From: Phoronis australis
Taxonomy: Eukaryota > Animalia > Phoronida
Direction: 5' to 3'
Assembly: GCA_002633005.1 (NCBI GenBank)
Contig: NMRA01000059.1
Location: forward strand, 1,079,133-1,143,132
DNA: 64,000 nt
In this document: positions 23,601 through 37,403 of the stretch, one piece after another
Numbering within the stretch: position 1 is the stretch's first letter
Layout of the letters: each line of letters begins with the position of its first letter
Program-made: the position numbers and the translations under genes
Notes under the pieces: generated by a model
Told to the model about the DNA's origin: nothing
Databases searched by the model: none
The model's input: the letters and a program-made list of their open reading frames with translations, nothing else

Positions 23601-26600
23601 AAGTTGCATATTTTGAGTGCAGTCGGTTCTTACTAAGTATTCTTATCCAATCCCTTCCTAATTTGGTGATTACATTGTCTTATTCATTTTTATGCGCCCA
23701 CATATTTATATGTGGACGCATTATTTGAATATACAATGTTTTAATTTCATATCATATTCAATCTGGTTAATGCCCAAGGCTACTGAGAAACTCAATATCA
23801 GCGAGTGGATGTTGCACCTGATACAATAGAAGTTTGGCATTCAAAAGTGAAATTCAGTGGTGAAAATGGGTTTGAATCAACTCAAGTGCATGTGAAACTC
23901 ACAAGTCCATAGACTCAAAGTGCATTTAAAGCTGCAATTTGTCTGTTCATGTAGCTAAGAAATGCAAACTGAACTAGGCCTTTTACTCTCATAGTATTCC
24001 TACCATGAAAGGATTCTTTTTCTATCACCAGCAAGCATATCAAAACCCTAACCTCTCAGGAGAAGGCTTCAGACTATGTTAGGGTTAGCTAAGCCTAAAT
24101 TTGTGTATTCAAAGATGAGGCATGCTATGCTCTGTCTGGCACTTGAATTGCATTTAGCAACAATAAAAGATCAATCCCTCCAAGCTTCAGTTAATATTTC
24201 AACAGCTTAACAGCAGTGAAATTCCCCTTAAGAAGGTGGGGATTTCAGGACATGACAAGTTGTTGCTAATATTATTCACAAATACAAAGCTAGTTTCAAC
24301 TTGTGGTAAGTAATCAAGACTATGCTCAGTAATTCTTATAGTTATTCTCATGAATGTAAAATGTCCCCTGCACAAATGTCTCGTCATTATCAAATATTAA
24401 TGAAGTTTTTCAGCCATTACAGAAAAGTTGCTGATGTTTTTGAAGCATTTACACAAAACATTTTGAGACTGCTAACAGCCCCAAAGCCCAGTGGACTGAA
24501 GAATGCACGTGATTTTATCATCCTCTCTGCTCTACTTGAACCTTTGTTGTGACACTCGGAACAATATTTAGACAGTGATAACTTCTCTCCTGCTATCAAC
24601 GAAACCATTGTGGTTCTGTTTTTGTAATAATCCGGCTATATTTGTTTTACAGCCATTGGTGGTTTTTACCAGCAGATAAAAGTTTAGGGGGGTTAGTCAT
24701 TCTCGCCATTGTTTTAGAGTTATCATGAGGAAATCAGCACAAGTCGTTGAGGAAAGGTCTTTGTTTCCTTCCCTTTTTTTGGCCAGTTGTTTTAAATGTT
24801 GGAAAGGCACGCGCTAGCCACATTAACAGCTGCGTTGTAACAAAGAACGCTTTTTAACTCTTGGAGGAATAATTGCCATCTATTTATGTCCATGTGTTTT
24901 GTGGTCAGGCAACCAGTGTTCCTGTTTGAGTCTGTTTTTGTCCCTAAGCCAAAATCTGTGGTTGTTGCTGATAAGGTCTTTGTTTGTAATGAAGTTAAAT
25001 AAAAGCTGGTTGCAATCTTTTTGTCAGACGTCCTTGTTCCTTTGCTTGTTATCTAAATCGGCTTATAAAAATTATTGCGTTAATAAGCTGAATATAGGTG
25101 ACTGTTGGCGTTATTAAATATGAGATAATTTATTAGTGTGGCGCCTGATAGGTTAGCGGGGGATGCATTGTGTTTTTGGCCGTGAACAAGATGGATGTGT
25201 GGTTATTAGGTTAAGTAAAAGTAGTGATGTGGGATTGGTTATGGATTGTTACAAATGCATGGCCTAGGGAAGTGGCTGGTTGATTATGCAGCTGTCTGGA
25301 TTCCTTGTTATGAGGGCAAGATCCAACTCTGTGTCATATACCCTGACTGGTAAAATGACAACAATTTGTAAACAATCAATTGTTTGATCTTCATGCTCAT
25401 TTAAGCATACTACAAAAACATATTTTATTTGCCAACATACCAAAATGGAGCAACAAGACAATGGATCTAGGATGCTGCGAAGGGGGTAAAATATGCCTGT
25501 AATCAGTCGCAGCATTTTTTAGTTGTGCAAAAGGAATTAGTGGTGAATGGTTTGAATATGCACAACATCAAAATGAACATCCATATATTAACAAAGGGGC
25601 ATGCAAATAGCATGTAAATATCCTTAAGTGTGTCGAAATGCGGGACATTTTGGTGTTGCGGGAAGCAGGACAAAGGTTCAAAAAGCAGGACGGATAGTTA
25701 GAAAAGATTGCAGTCTCAGTGGCGGTACAATTCAGAGCTAACAATTGACGTAGTAATGAAATTAAAATAGCTTAGAATAGACAATTAGTATTTTACCCAA
25801 GTACACAAATGTGCTGAAAAGTTAAGATACATTGTAGAGTCCCTATTTTGGAACTATTTCATATAAGCAGCCGTTGATACCGTACATAAATGGAATGTAC
25901 GCAGGCCACATAAGCCCACTGAGTAGGACAATGTTGTCAATCGCATTATGCAAAAAGTTCATGACTGATATCTGATAGTGGTTCCGATTGAACTATTTAG
26001 AATGTATGCTGTGTGTATCACTTGCAGGAGCCCTGATGAATCTTGGCAAATAGTATGCTACATGTGTTATACAATTAACCTTTGGATGAAAGGGTTACTC
26101 AGTACATTTTTCATCAGATGATGGATAGCCAGGTTGTTGTCCTGTGCGAATTCTCTTGGCCTGGGAGATCTAGCTATGTTTGAAAGCTTGTTTAGGCAAA
26201 GCTGTCAAACATTGGTATCAGGAGCAGTGAAATTTTTTATAATGTACGAGTCCTTTGTACTTTATTTGGTGATGGATCACAGATGTCACTGTTGTACAAG
26301 ACTTAAGTTTGTACTGGGTATGGTTCTTTAACTTGGGACAAGCATAATTTCTTAAATTGCCATATTTCTGTTCTTCAGAGGCTTATTACATGGTCGAAAA
26401 TGCTCAAAATTGTTGTTTGGTAGTTGCTCCACCTTATGAACCATGCTAAAAGCAAAGTAAAATTTCCTTAGAATTTTTGTTGAGAAATTCGGCAAAATGA
26501 AACTTCACCTGTCTGCCATATCGTGTCCCTAATTGAAGAATTTTTAATGTAATAGAATTTTATTGCAATACCAGTAAAAATGTCCACCATTTAGAACACA

Positions 26601-29486
26601 ATGCGCAATAAAGTGGAAATTTATTTTGGTAAATTTCTCGGCAATAATAAGGTACTAATTAAGAAGGTCTGACTTTTCTGTTTTCATGATGTATTTATTA
26701 CATCACCAAATTGGAATGAAAAGTCCTTTAATGTGCCATTCATGAAGATTTAACTGGAGAAATGATTACAAAGCTGGTTTTTAATGTGCCCAACTACTAC
26801 AGATATTTGTATCCAATTTCCAATTAAAATCTGTGGTGTTGGTATTTCTTAATGCCCAGTCTCATTATATACACTGCAGCCCATAGTTTAATTGCCATGC
26901 CAGGTCCATCTCTGCTCATTAAGATCCCTGATATCACTTTGGCATGGGGTTGTTAATTAGGTTCCCTTCAATTATTGCCTCTGGCTATACTGTGTTTGGA
27001 GAGTGTGCTGATCTCTCCCACCAACCCACTTTCACTGGTGGCAGGCATTGTGGCGTGTGTCTGTGGTACCTTCAGTTAGTGTGTAGAAATGTTCTGTCAC
27101 TAATAGTGGTCTGGTTTTTTGTTGGTAAACGTTTTAGAATTTATATGCTGAATTTGCCCAGCATCAGAACGGTGTAACTTTTACTTATCCATGCCAGAAG
27201 GTCAAAACGTGCTTCAGGTGTGACATTTCTTCTCTAAGCACGCGATATGACTGAAAATTGAGAGTCTATTTCACTAAATTTGTCCAGAAAAGTAAAGATT
27301 TATAAAATTCCAGTTCATTATTAGTACGGAATGGTTTGTACTACGTAGATGTCAAAAACAACTTTCGGTAAATTCTCCATTATTTCTGGTAATGTAATCA
27401 GCCTTTGAAAAATGGAAAATTGGCAATTTTTTGGTTTATTTTTGTGCAAAGTAAGTGGAGAATTGTCTTACTAACTGACAACTTTGATCAAATGAGTGTG
27501 CAGCTCCTCACATGATGACGCCAGTCACCATGTACCCCCTCGTGTGTTCAGCTGTCCTCTTGATTTCCATTGGCTGATTCTGAAAGGCTTCAGTGACCAT
27601 CAGTAATTTCTCAACCATTCAATAGTTTAAAGAAAATTTGTATTGAAATGTGTCACTGTAGGAGAAATTTGTATAATGTTCTAAACATTTAATTTGAAGT
27701 AAAGCGTGTTGAAAATACCTGGAGTGCGATTTGCATGCTTGACACAGTCTCCCTGACCGTCATTCATGTTTTCCCCACTGACTTTTTTGATTTGTTCTTT
27801 ATGAACTCACAGAAGTATTTTTTGTTAACAAGTCTGAATGCATGTCATGAAATATCAGACAACTGCTCACAGTCACGTCACCCATGCCCTGTTCCTGAAA
27901 ATGTCCTTTACTGGTGTAAGAAACATGAGAAAGTCCATGTTTCAAATACTGTCCTTTTATTATCTCTATGTCATTAATAAAGTAGGTTAATTTTTAATTT
28001 GGTGCAACCTCATTTTTAACGGCTCAAAAATGAGTAAGTCCTGAGGGCGTTATTTGTTTTGAAAGGACCTTGTCTGATGATCATTTCCCTGATCAGACAA
28101 AGAAAATTTTTCACATGAGTTCAGCCTTGATAAAGTTGGCAGTAGGGAATGAAATTCTAAAACCTGGAAATGAAGAAGAAACAATAATGTACATAGTTCT
28201 TTTGTCAAACTATTTAAGAAAAAATAGACACTTAAAATTTTATGAAATTTTTTCCACAAATGATGATAATTGCTGTTATGCGTATCACGTGTGTTGGTAA
28301 TCAAGTTCACACTCCCTGACTGCAAGTGCATTCTCGCAAATATGTCGTTTAAAATGTTGTTGATGTCAACTTGGAGGACAAGTAATTGTTTTTTTTTTTC
28401 GAAAGCCACAAGTCGAGGTTTTGACGATGTTGTTCATAATACTTTCTGCCCTCGAGAATATGATAAACAGCATGTATGCCGATGTTCCAAACTTTAAACT
28501 CAAATAAATGGTAAGTTGATGGCCATAAGTCCAACCATTGAAACAATGAATTAACTCCATTCAGTGCCTGGTGTTAGAACGCTTACTTGCTTTAAGAAAA
28601 CAAAATAAACAGTGCAACCTCAAAACATGAAACATAACAATATTCTTCAAAGATGGCACTGAATGGGAAATATCAGTGTTGACTGAGTCAGTTATCTTAG
28701 CCACAAGATGTATCATTAAGTGACTTATATTTGAGGTCGTAATAATGCACGCATATCCAGGAGTAAATACACCCTCATGATTATTAAATAAGACATTAGA
28801 AATAACTACTAGTCAACAGTTCCTAGCACTCCATGTGGAAATGACCATGTCACCGACCAAAGTAGAACAAAACTGTATTCATGTCTGTCCAGGTACCATG
28901 TGGTGTTTATTGAAAAATCTACATCCATAGCGACTTTATGGCTTTCTGATAACCTCCGAAACCAGCGTTTTACAGACTTCTAGCAGGGATTTATAATCTT
29001 TGATTTAGTACTCTACTTTTCGCTTGGCTTATTTCAGAGGATAATTCAGCCTAAATGACATCTGTGTTCTTATAGTAAAAATTCTCTGGTTAGGGACAAT
29101 GAAAAATTAATTGCTTTGCTCAAGTTCAGAAATAGACAATGTTGGCCGTCCCAAATTCGTGAATTATGATCAATGACAGCCATCATTGTCCTTGATGTTA
29201 CACACAACGAAATCACAGGAAAAAGTTGTTGGTGGCTATTTTTATTATTTTAGGATCTGCCAATTCTATATTCAGACCATGTCAATACACGAATGGAGTG
29301 ACTGAGATTTGAGAAACATGGTGAATACCTAAATTGACTGTGTCACAATCTCCAGAATCAAGAAAATTCTGCTTGAATTTACATGTCCCAAATGATATTC
29401 ATAATTTGCATTTGTGTTTTAAACAGTATTGGTGTTGTCTGTTTGATCATTCGCTGGTACACTCACTACCTCAGCCATCTCATAAA

Positions 29487-29946
29487 AGGCGCTTACATAA
29501 TAACGTCGACGCTTTGATGTTTTGGGGACTTAATGCGGTCAGTGCGAACACTTAACTTTGGTCTTGGATTGAAGTAATAACAGCACCTTGAGTTAACTTT
29601 GCAGTTAATAGGTGGATATTTTAACAGCTGAGTGTCGACGCTGCGATGCGGTCTCGTCGAAGTTATCACCAGGGGCCATAGCTACCTTCAAAATCTTCAA
29701 GAATTGTAGGGCAGTGCCGTCACTAATAGTTGCTTATATTTTGCTGGAATAATCACCAATCGAATAAGAAATAAGTTTTATGTCAATTAGCACTAGTAAA
29801 TGTTCACAAACTGTCACCTTTTAAAAAAAATCTGAGCGTGCACGGTTATGTGGATGCTGTTAACTATCGAAGCTAGTATCAATTAACTTCGCAGTTTACG
29901 TCGACGCTACACTCATACCAGAGTTAAGTTAGTATGAAAGGGCGTG
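29487..29946 (+). mobile_element. Degraded non-autonomous DNA transposon, copy B
   Basis: Homologous to 20156-20610. Its right end ttagtatgaaagggcgt is an imperfect inverse of the family left end (agacctttcacactaa / aggcgcttacataataa). Confidence 0.7.
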
Positions 29947-31641
29947 AAGAATTCACAGTAGATGATGACACCATGTAATTGAAACCAAAACTTGTTGTTA
30001 TCGTCAGATTGTTAAGAAGTCCAGAATGAAGGACTTTTCAGTACCTGAAAAACGAAATGGTTGCCTTGTCCGCCATCTTGGATCCGATCATGACTAAAAA
30101 CAATAGGCTTCCAGCACTTTGGGAGTTACAGGTTGTGCGCAAATTTTGTGTGGATAGGATGAAAATTGCGACCTGTAGAGTGCGAACAAAAAAAAACAAC
30201 TTGACGTCAGAGCAACATACTTGGCGAAATTTATTTCGCCAAGTAAAAATGTTAAACACCAGTGGCACGAAAACGAGGCAGCAAATGTGCCTGACGGGTG
30301 TTTATTGCATTGTTTGTAAATAGACCCAGATTCAAGTGTTGCTGTGTAATCCCTATTAAAGATGTCTTGACCTGAGCCAATTGTCTTGTTGTTGGTCATA
30401 TGCATAGAGAAATAACATCAATACAAGTTTCTTTAATAATGTCGTCATGAGTATTGCTGAAAATCTGTCCTATTTATACACAGTGCCTTGGGTACTATTT
30501 AGGAGTTTCTGCTGTTGATCATCGAAGAGTGTGCGTAGATTCAGGAAGTTTTTGAAAATCAAACAAGTGCTTATCCACAGCTTGTCCTTGTGTCTTACCC
30601 GCGATGTGAAAACCTAATCGGTATAAACAATTTTATGTTGTTTAATATCTTTGATTGGCAAATAATTTTTATCTTGCCTTTATCACCACTGGGCCATTTT
30701 ATCAGAGGTCATAGTTCAGTTGTAGTCAAGACAATCGTAGACACATTATCCCCAATACGACAACGCATCGTTTGTTATGAGAGCAAGGTGTTGCAACTGA
30801 CATTCAGTTGATTTTTTTTCAAATTTTAGACTTAACGACCTGCTTTCATGTGTACGAATTAAAAAATAGGTTGCAACTATCTTAGCTAAGACTGTAGGAC
30901 CTTTGATAAAATTAGACCTGCGATTGTACAGTGGTCATGTGCTGCAACACTCTTTGGCAACCAGCAACTCTGAATGATCCTGAAGGATTGGGATCTGAAT
31001 AGCACATATCACAAACATGTTTTAGATTTATGATCACTGTCTTTCCTTTGGGACTAAACTATGGATGGAGATGATGACAACCCTGTCTGCAAATCTTCCA
31101 TAAGTTGACTTGGCCTGTGTGCATAACACACCAATTAAAATTGTTATCTTAATGAAAGAATTGAGAGGTATATTTAGATTGTGGGCACGACCAATGTAAA
31201 TTTTAGGAAGATTATCATATCAGTAGACATTTTTGATTTGTGATTCCAGTTGATTTAGTAAAATTTGTTGCTGCATTCAATGCCTAAGTTGAAATGTTGT
31301 CGAGGACCTCAAGATTCTTACACTTTGCATGACATTGCCGTTATTGTTAGTCCTTTGTTTCCTTACTTCACAACTCAGGAGAGTGGGTCTCCAGATGAGA
31401 CAAGTTTTAGACAAGAGGTTTCTGTTGGTATTATATAGTGTCAATGACTGAACTGTTGGGACAGTCCACTAATCAGTGGGATATGGTTGTTAATTAGGAT
31501 CACCAGCCATTTGGTTCTACTTTTCTGTGTTTGTTAAATCCCTGTGATCATGTTGGTGCTTAGTATGACACCACACATTTACAACACATGTGAAGTTGAT
31601 ATGGGATTTGGCCCCTAGTCAGTTGAAGCAAGTGATATAAG

Positions 31642-31821
31642 GAATGGGTCTGCTTCCCATGGCAGGGATCAGAATGGGTCTGCTTCCCATGGCAGGGATC
31701 AGAATGGGTCTGCTTCCCATGGCAGGGATCAGAATGGGTCTGCTTCCCATGGCAGGGATCAGAATGGGTCTGCTTCCCATGGCAGGGATCAGAATGGGTC
31801 TGCTTCCCATGGCAGGGATCA
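31642..31821. repeat. 30-bp minisatellite, 6 identical copies
   Basis: gaatgggtctgcttcccatggcagggatca. Confidence 0.97.
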
Positions 31822-32883
31822 GTTTTGAAAACTGTGGGTGTGGATGAGTTGACCCACACTACCACAAGTGTTAAAACCAATTTGGAGAACCTATGAGCCG
31901 TGTTATTTTTGGTCTTTTTTGGTTTCGCTAGTCCTGCTGGCATTAATTCAATTTCTGAACAAACCGTCATTTAAGATGCCCACTCACGATATTTCAAAAA
32001 AAAATCATTTTAAACAAGCACGCTAACTTTAACACTCACCATTCGAGCATCATGGGAGTTTAACCCCCCTCCCCCCATTATTCAATAGGTTCTTTATAGA
32101 TTATGCATGATGTTGAGTTTCAAAGGAATCCTGCTAATTAGTGGATTTATGTGGTTGTCTAACTTGTGGACACCTGGTTGGAGAGTCACTGTTAGAGTCA
32201 CCATGTTCCCAAAATAGAAGCAGTGAGTTAATGGTCTCCTTGTGTTTAAACACCCTCTGTTGTTTCATGTCAGATTTTCTTAAGTTCACACATGCCTTTA
32301 ATTAATGTTCCTTAATTGTGCCAAAGGACATGTTTGCCTGAGTTTAAACAGTTTACAATAGGTAGTGATGGAAGGGAGACAGTGTCAGCAGTTATTAATT
32401 ATTCCTGTTGGTGGCACTTCCCAAGTCCTGTTGGTATTTGTTTGGTGTTGGTATGGTCAGTTCCACCAAAGGAAAGGTCCTCCAGCCAGAAAAGTTTTGT
32501 GATGACACTTCACAAGTCAACCCTGTGTGTGGGCCCTGATTATTGAACATGAATTAATTGGGAACACACACTGCTGAGACACTGATGTAACATTACACCC
32601 AGAACTAACATTGGTCTGTTGAGAGGCATGGCCCTTGTGCCCCATGGTATTGAATGGGAATATCAAGACTGATCATTGGATCTTTGACGGGTTAAGATGT
32701 TGTTTAATGTTTTAGAGGATAACTTGTTGACGTTACTAACCAGAAAATAAATAAAGTTCAATAAATTTTCAATGGTTTTGAGAGTAGTGTCTGAGTAAAT
32801 TAATACAAAATCAAATTTCACGGCTAAAAGGGAGGTTGGTATCATGATGACGGTTATTCTGTAAATAGATTGTACCTTTTTAA

Positions 32884-33230
32884 AGCTGCATTTTGGCCCA
32901 TTTAGCTGTCACTTAGTTCATATTTCACGTTCGTAACTGAAGAGCCGAACAGCTGAGCTGCGACATATCAATAGGAAGTGAGTCATTCTTGTGTTACGTG
33001 ACTGGCGTATTTTTGAATGAAAATTGCTGCCTGCCATTTTCGAATTTCCGAGTTGGCCATCCTCAATAAAGTAAACAATTTTCCTATGCATATCTTTCAC
33101 GTTGAGGGTTTATATGTTATTATTGATAACAGAAAACATGTCGTGTTTATAGGACAATTTTGAGACTGGTTTTATATATGTGAAAGGTCTTAAATTTTAT
33201 TTTCATTTTTAGCCAGGGCAAAATGCACCT
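32884..33230. mobile_element. Kolobok-like MITE
   Basis: TTAA|agctgcattttggccc ... gggcaaaatgcacct|TTAA. TTAA target duplication with AG..CT termini is typical of Kolobok. Confidence 0.75.
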
Positions 33231-33807
33231 TTAAATATTTGTGTTTTGTGTTTGTTGACAATTTGTAGACGTAATAAATGATTGTCTTCCTGAGGCTATC
33301 AACTTCCTGAATCAGTTCATCCTGCTCGTTCACTGTTCTTTTTTCATCCCACAGCGCTTCACTTGTTTATCACAATATTTTTGCTTATTATCTAGGCACA
33401 CATTTAAATTGACGCTCCATTTGGCCAGAATCTGACATGTCAACAAATGAACTAGTCAAATTAAATGAACCAGTTTGGTGTGAACTTCAAATATGTTTTG
33501 ACAAAGATGGTTCGAAATTCATCCCCTCATTGGTGAAGTTGACCATGCTGTTTTTCTTCTTAAGGTATTCATTGCTTAATGTTCACTCAGTGCCCTGGGC
33601 GTATCCAGTACAGTTGATGTCAGAGGTCAGCTTTGCTTGTATTTCTATACTAGGACATCACTGTAAATAGAAGAGGAATTGGTTACAATCATGGCAGTCA
33701 TATCCACATGATTTGCAACTTGGACTATTGTAGCAGCAGTGAGATCTGTAGAAATACAACTTCCCTTAAATTTTCTTTTAATTGAAACAAATGTGTGAGT
33801 CGAAATT

Positions 33808-34062
33808 GACATTTTCCGTTTTCAAACGCTCACTGTGTTGCTAAATGTTGAGAATTTCGACATTTTCTGTTTTCAAACGCTCACTGTGTTGCTAAATGTT
33901 GAGAATTTCGACATTTTCCGTTTTCAAACGCTCACTGTGTTGCTAAATGTTGAGAATTTCAACATTTTCCGTTTTCAAACGCTCACTGTGTTGCTAAATG
34001 TTGAGAATTTCGACATTTTCCGTTTTCAAACGCTCACTGTGTTGCTAAATGTTGATAATTTC
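33808..34062. repeat. 51-bp minisatellite, 5 copies
   Basis: gacattttccgttttcaaacgctcactgtgttgctaaatgttgagaatttc. Confidence 0.95.
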
Positions 34063-36198
34063 GCCATGTATTTCTTACAAAATTTGATCATGTTATTGAT
34101 ATCGTTGTTTTGCGTTTATGTACCTTTCTTTTCTGCAAAATTTTACTATAAAGACATGATCTTATTACCCAATTGATGACAGATCAAACATCCACTTTCA
34201 GAAAATATATACTAATTACTAAGTTAAAATCGATGGCTTTTTAGGTGTGTGTCTAAATACAAACGTGTTGGTATGGTCCTACATAAACTTGGATGTTTTA
34301 GCAATATCAAGTTCCTGGTGTAAGCTGAACACATTTTTAAGCTAAGTTGTTTTACCCAAAACGTTGTCACTAGAACGTTTTAGCTCAAACATTTTAAATT
34401 TATCCTCTTGTGAATCCAGCTTTTAATGCTGTATAGAAATGCACAGCGTAATGAATATCCTCAAGGTTTTTCAATTAATTCTCTGGGCGTAAACCAGCTT
34501 CATGCACAGGAAAGGAAATTCAGAGTTCTCACTTTCAGCCTCTGGATGAGTTTTTCATATTGGTAACATTTCCGTGTAACGTAGCCTGTTCAAAACACAG
34601 CCTGAGGCCATTTTAAATAACATACATTTGAATTGAAATAAATGCAAACATGTCTAACACAAATCATGTTCTAATTTAACTGTAATAAAACTGCTCAACT
34701 CTTCTCAATTAGTAAAATTTGTTTTATTGAACAGGTTTTGTAAGTTCTGTTATTAAAACAATACAATGCCTGTTTTAGATATGTTCTTGAAAACAGTAAA
34801 TTACCCATAATTCACTCAGCGTGCTGCCATTTTTTGAATAAACAGGTTTAGGTAATTTGATATTTCCTGCGCTTGCTTTAATCTGTTATTTAATTTAGAA
34901 CACAGTTTGTGTTACATATGGCGTGTAATAGCCCCAGTCAGTTTCAAGAAATTACAAGTTGTAATTGAAATCTCAATGCCTGAGCAAATCATTTCACGAA
35001 CATTGGGTTAGAGAATATGAACTATGTGAGGCTGTGCTCAGCTCATCTGTATAGGGCAATTAGTGTCTTACTTATTTCAGACAAACATAATTGTTAAAAG
35101 TACACATTTTTCACTTTTCAAGGGCTTCTACCGTTGTGAATGCCCTCATTTTTTAAAAATATTTCCTGTTTGTAGCTACGTACACTGAGACTTAATGTAG
35201 CAAAGCATCATTCTGTTACTGCATATCATTTGTGAAAAAACGAGAAAATAAAGTTTGATCCGTCTTCCAAATTCAGTCCTTAATTCACTAGGTACTGTAC
35301 TACAGGTCGAACAACAATTTTCCATTTATATGTAATCTCGCTCTAAAACAACCTAAGTCAAAAAAGTTTGTTTGTGTTATTTTCACCATAAATATGAAGA
35401 ACATGTCAAAAATTATCTCTTTTGGCTTTGTGTTGACTGAGAGGGGAATCTTGACTCTTCTCTTTATAAAGAATGGCGCTTTTTAGTTTTTGTCTCCCAG
35501 GCTTGGTAATGATTTGCTGTTGCTCTCAATCTCAATCCAGAGCCAATTTGAAAAGAAATCTCACTGTACACCTGTTGTGTCATGCCTGTCATAGTTCTGT
35601 TTATTTTTAGTTAAAATAATTTAAATGTGTCCAACATAGCTTTCTGTTCTTTATTCCAGTATGGCCTACTTGTCAGGGTTAACACCCAGGGGGCTAAATT
35701 GGGGAAGTAAAAAATTAGAGGGAGCGTGAAGCTGAAAATCATGATATGGGTCTATTGGAAAGGTTGATTTGGTTAAATACCCAGAAAGGTATATTTTCGT
35801 CAAATAAAATGCAGTAGCAGTCTGATGAAAGGTAGTCCGTGAGTTCTACTCCATATAAGGCAAAATGTCGATGTTCAGTACAAAAATGTAGGCGAATTTA
35901 GTACCTTTTTGGGAAGCTTAAATTTGAGTGTGGGATGGTTTTACAAACAAGCACTTTCAAGGAAGCCTCTATAACATAAATTGGGGTGGATATTCAGTTG
36001 GACAAAGGCGTTTATGATTGTGAATTTTTGGAAATTTCAGGGTTGGGCATTTAAACCCAATATTTGCATGGACCTTTGTTTTAGTTTTTATGCCTCATAT
36101 TCAATTTTTGTGCATGTACTGATTTTCGAGTGGTTATTTTCAGTCAATTTGTTATGAAAAATGTGTTCTTGTGAAAACTTGTGCTGTTCTATTTCTAG

Positions 36199-36300
36199 GT
36201 GAACAAAATGGACATGAAGATGGATCAAATAATGTTTATGTTGAACACAATCATGAAGCAGAAGACAGTGAATGAAGATTCAAAAGAAGATGCCGTCTGA
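36199..36300 (+). CDS. KCNQ1: KCNQ1 last coding exon, helix D coiled coil and stop
   Basis: gctgttctatttctag| then VNKMDMKMDQIMFMLNTIMKQKTVNEDSKEDAV-TGA. Phase 0 joins IEDK; the heptad pattern matches human VTQLDQRLALITDMLHQLL. Confidence 0.9.
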   Translation: MNKMDMKMDQIMFMLNTIMKQKTVNEDSKEDAV

Positions 36301-36614
36301 TTGGATATTGAACACTCGTGACTGAAGCTAGCCAACGGGTGAGCTGTCACAACTATGATTTTCGATAGGGATGAAAGTGATTGGCAGGGAAGATGTCCCG
36401 GAGGAATGTGAGCTTTGTCAAGAAACATTTTAAGAAACATTGGATAGTCGAAGGTGTGCAGGGAAAATAGACTGCCACTGGATTTGCTGTTGCCAAGCTC
36501 ATAAGAATCGAGGAGCACATGAATTAGAAAATTTTCTACTACAAGTTCTGTTAAATTCCATGCAACATTAAGCTAAAGACAAATGCGATCTGACAATGCG
36601 TTGTTGTTCAGATA

Positions 36615-36823
36615 ATGCATCACACTGTGTCATGAACTGAATGATGCATCACACTGTGTCATGAACTGAATGATGCATCACACTGTGTCATGAACTGAAT
36701 GATGCATCACACTGTGTCATGAACTGAATGATGCATCACACTGTGTCATGAACTGAATGATGCATCACACTTTGTCATGAACTGAATGATGCATCACACT
36801 GTGTCATGAACTGAATGATGCAT
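36615..36823. repeat. 29-bp minisatellite, ~7 copies, in the KCNQ1 3' UTR
   Basis: atgcatcacactgtgtcatgaactgaatg. Confidence 0.95.
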
Positions 36824-37312
36824 TTTTGTATAGACATTTTGTCCACCATAACATTTTGTCACGGACCAATAACGCATTGCAACGCTTAGCACATGTCATG
36901 AACTGAACAATTCTGTACTGAAATTCTATTCGACATTAAAGTTGCGTTATCCGAACATGTACGCACATCCATGTGTCCTTAGCTTAAATATTTGAAATTG
37001 TTTTTGACAATTTCTTGTTACATGCTAAGAGCCAGTAGTCTGTTTTGACTTTTTGATAGTTTTTTAAGCCTAAATAATAAATCGAGTGTTTTTCATGAAA
37101 AAATGAATGTATGTTTTTGCAGTACTGAATCGGCCAATGTTACATTCTTCTATCGCCACAGCAGGCATCCATTGGTTATTGAAATACACCACTGGCATTT
37201 TAACTACAGACTTTTTGGGTTTCTTTGTTCAAATATTTTGGTTCACCAGCTTCTTAAACCCAGTAAAATGTCGCATTCTATCGTTTGAAATGTCAGTAAT
37301 GTGGAATAATCA

Positions 37313-37403
37313 ACATGACATACCTATTCAGGGCCCTAACCTTTTCATTGGTGCAACATACATGACATACCTATTCAGGGCCCTAACCTTTTCATTGGTG
37401 CAA
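37313..37403. repeat. ~47-bp tandem duplication
   Basis: acatgacatacctattcagggccctaaccttttcattggtgcaa twice. Confidence 0.85.

Larger units (their letters stand above)
5026..36198 (+). other. KCNQ1: KCNQ1 last intron (31,173 bp)
   Basis: GT..AG between in-frame exons. The + strand is visibly T/G-rich throughout. No other convincing coding exon found inside. Confidence 0.85.

Noticed and set aside
31560-34176. Repeat-peptide ORFs (DPCHGKQTHS, MGLLPMAGIR, LLNVENFDIFRFQTLTV)
   Set aside because: Translations of 30-bp and 51-bp minisatellites.
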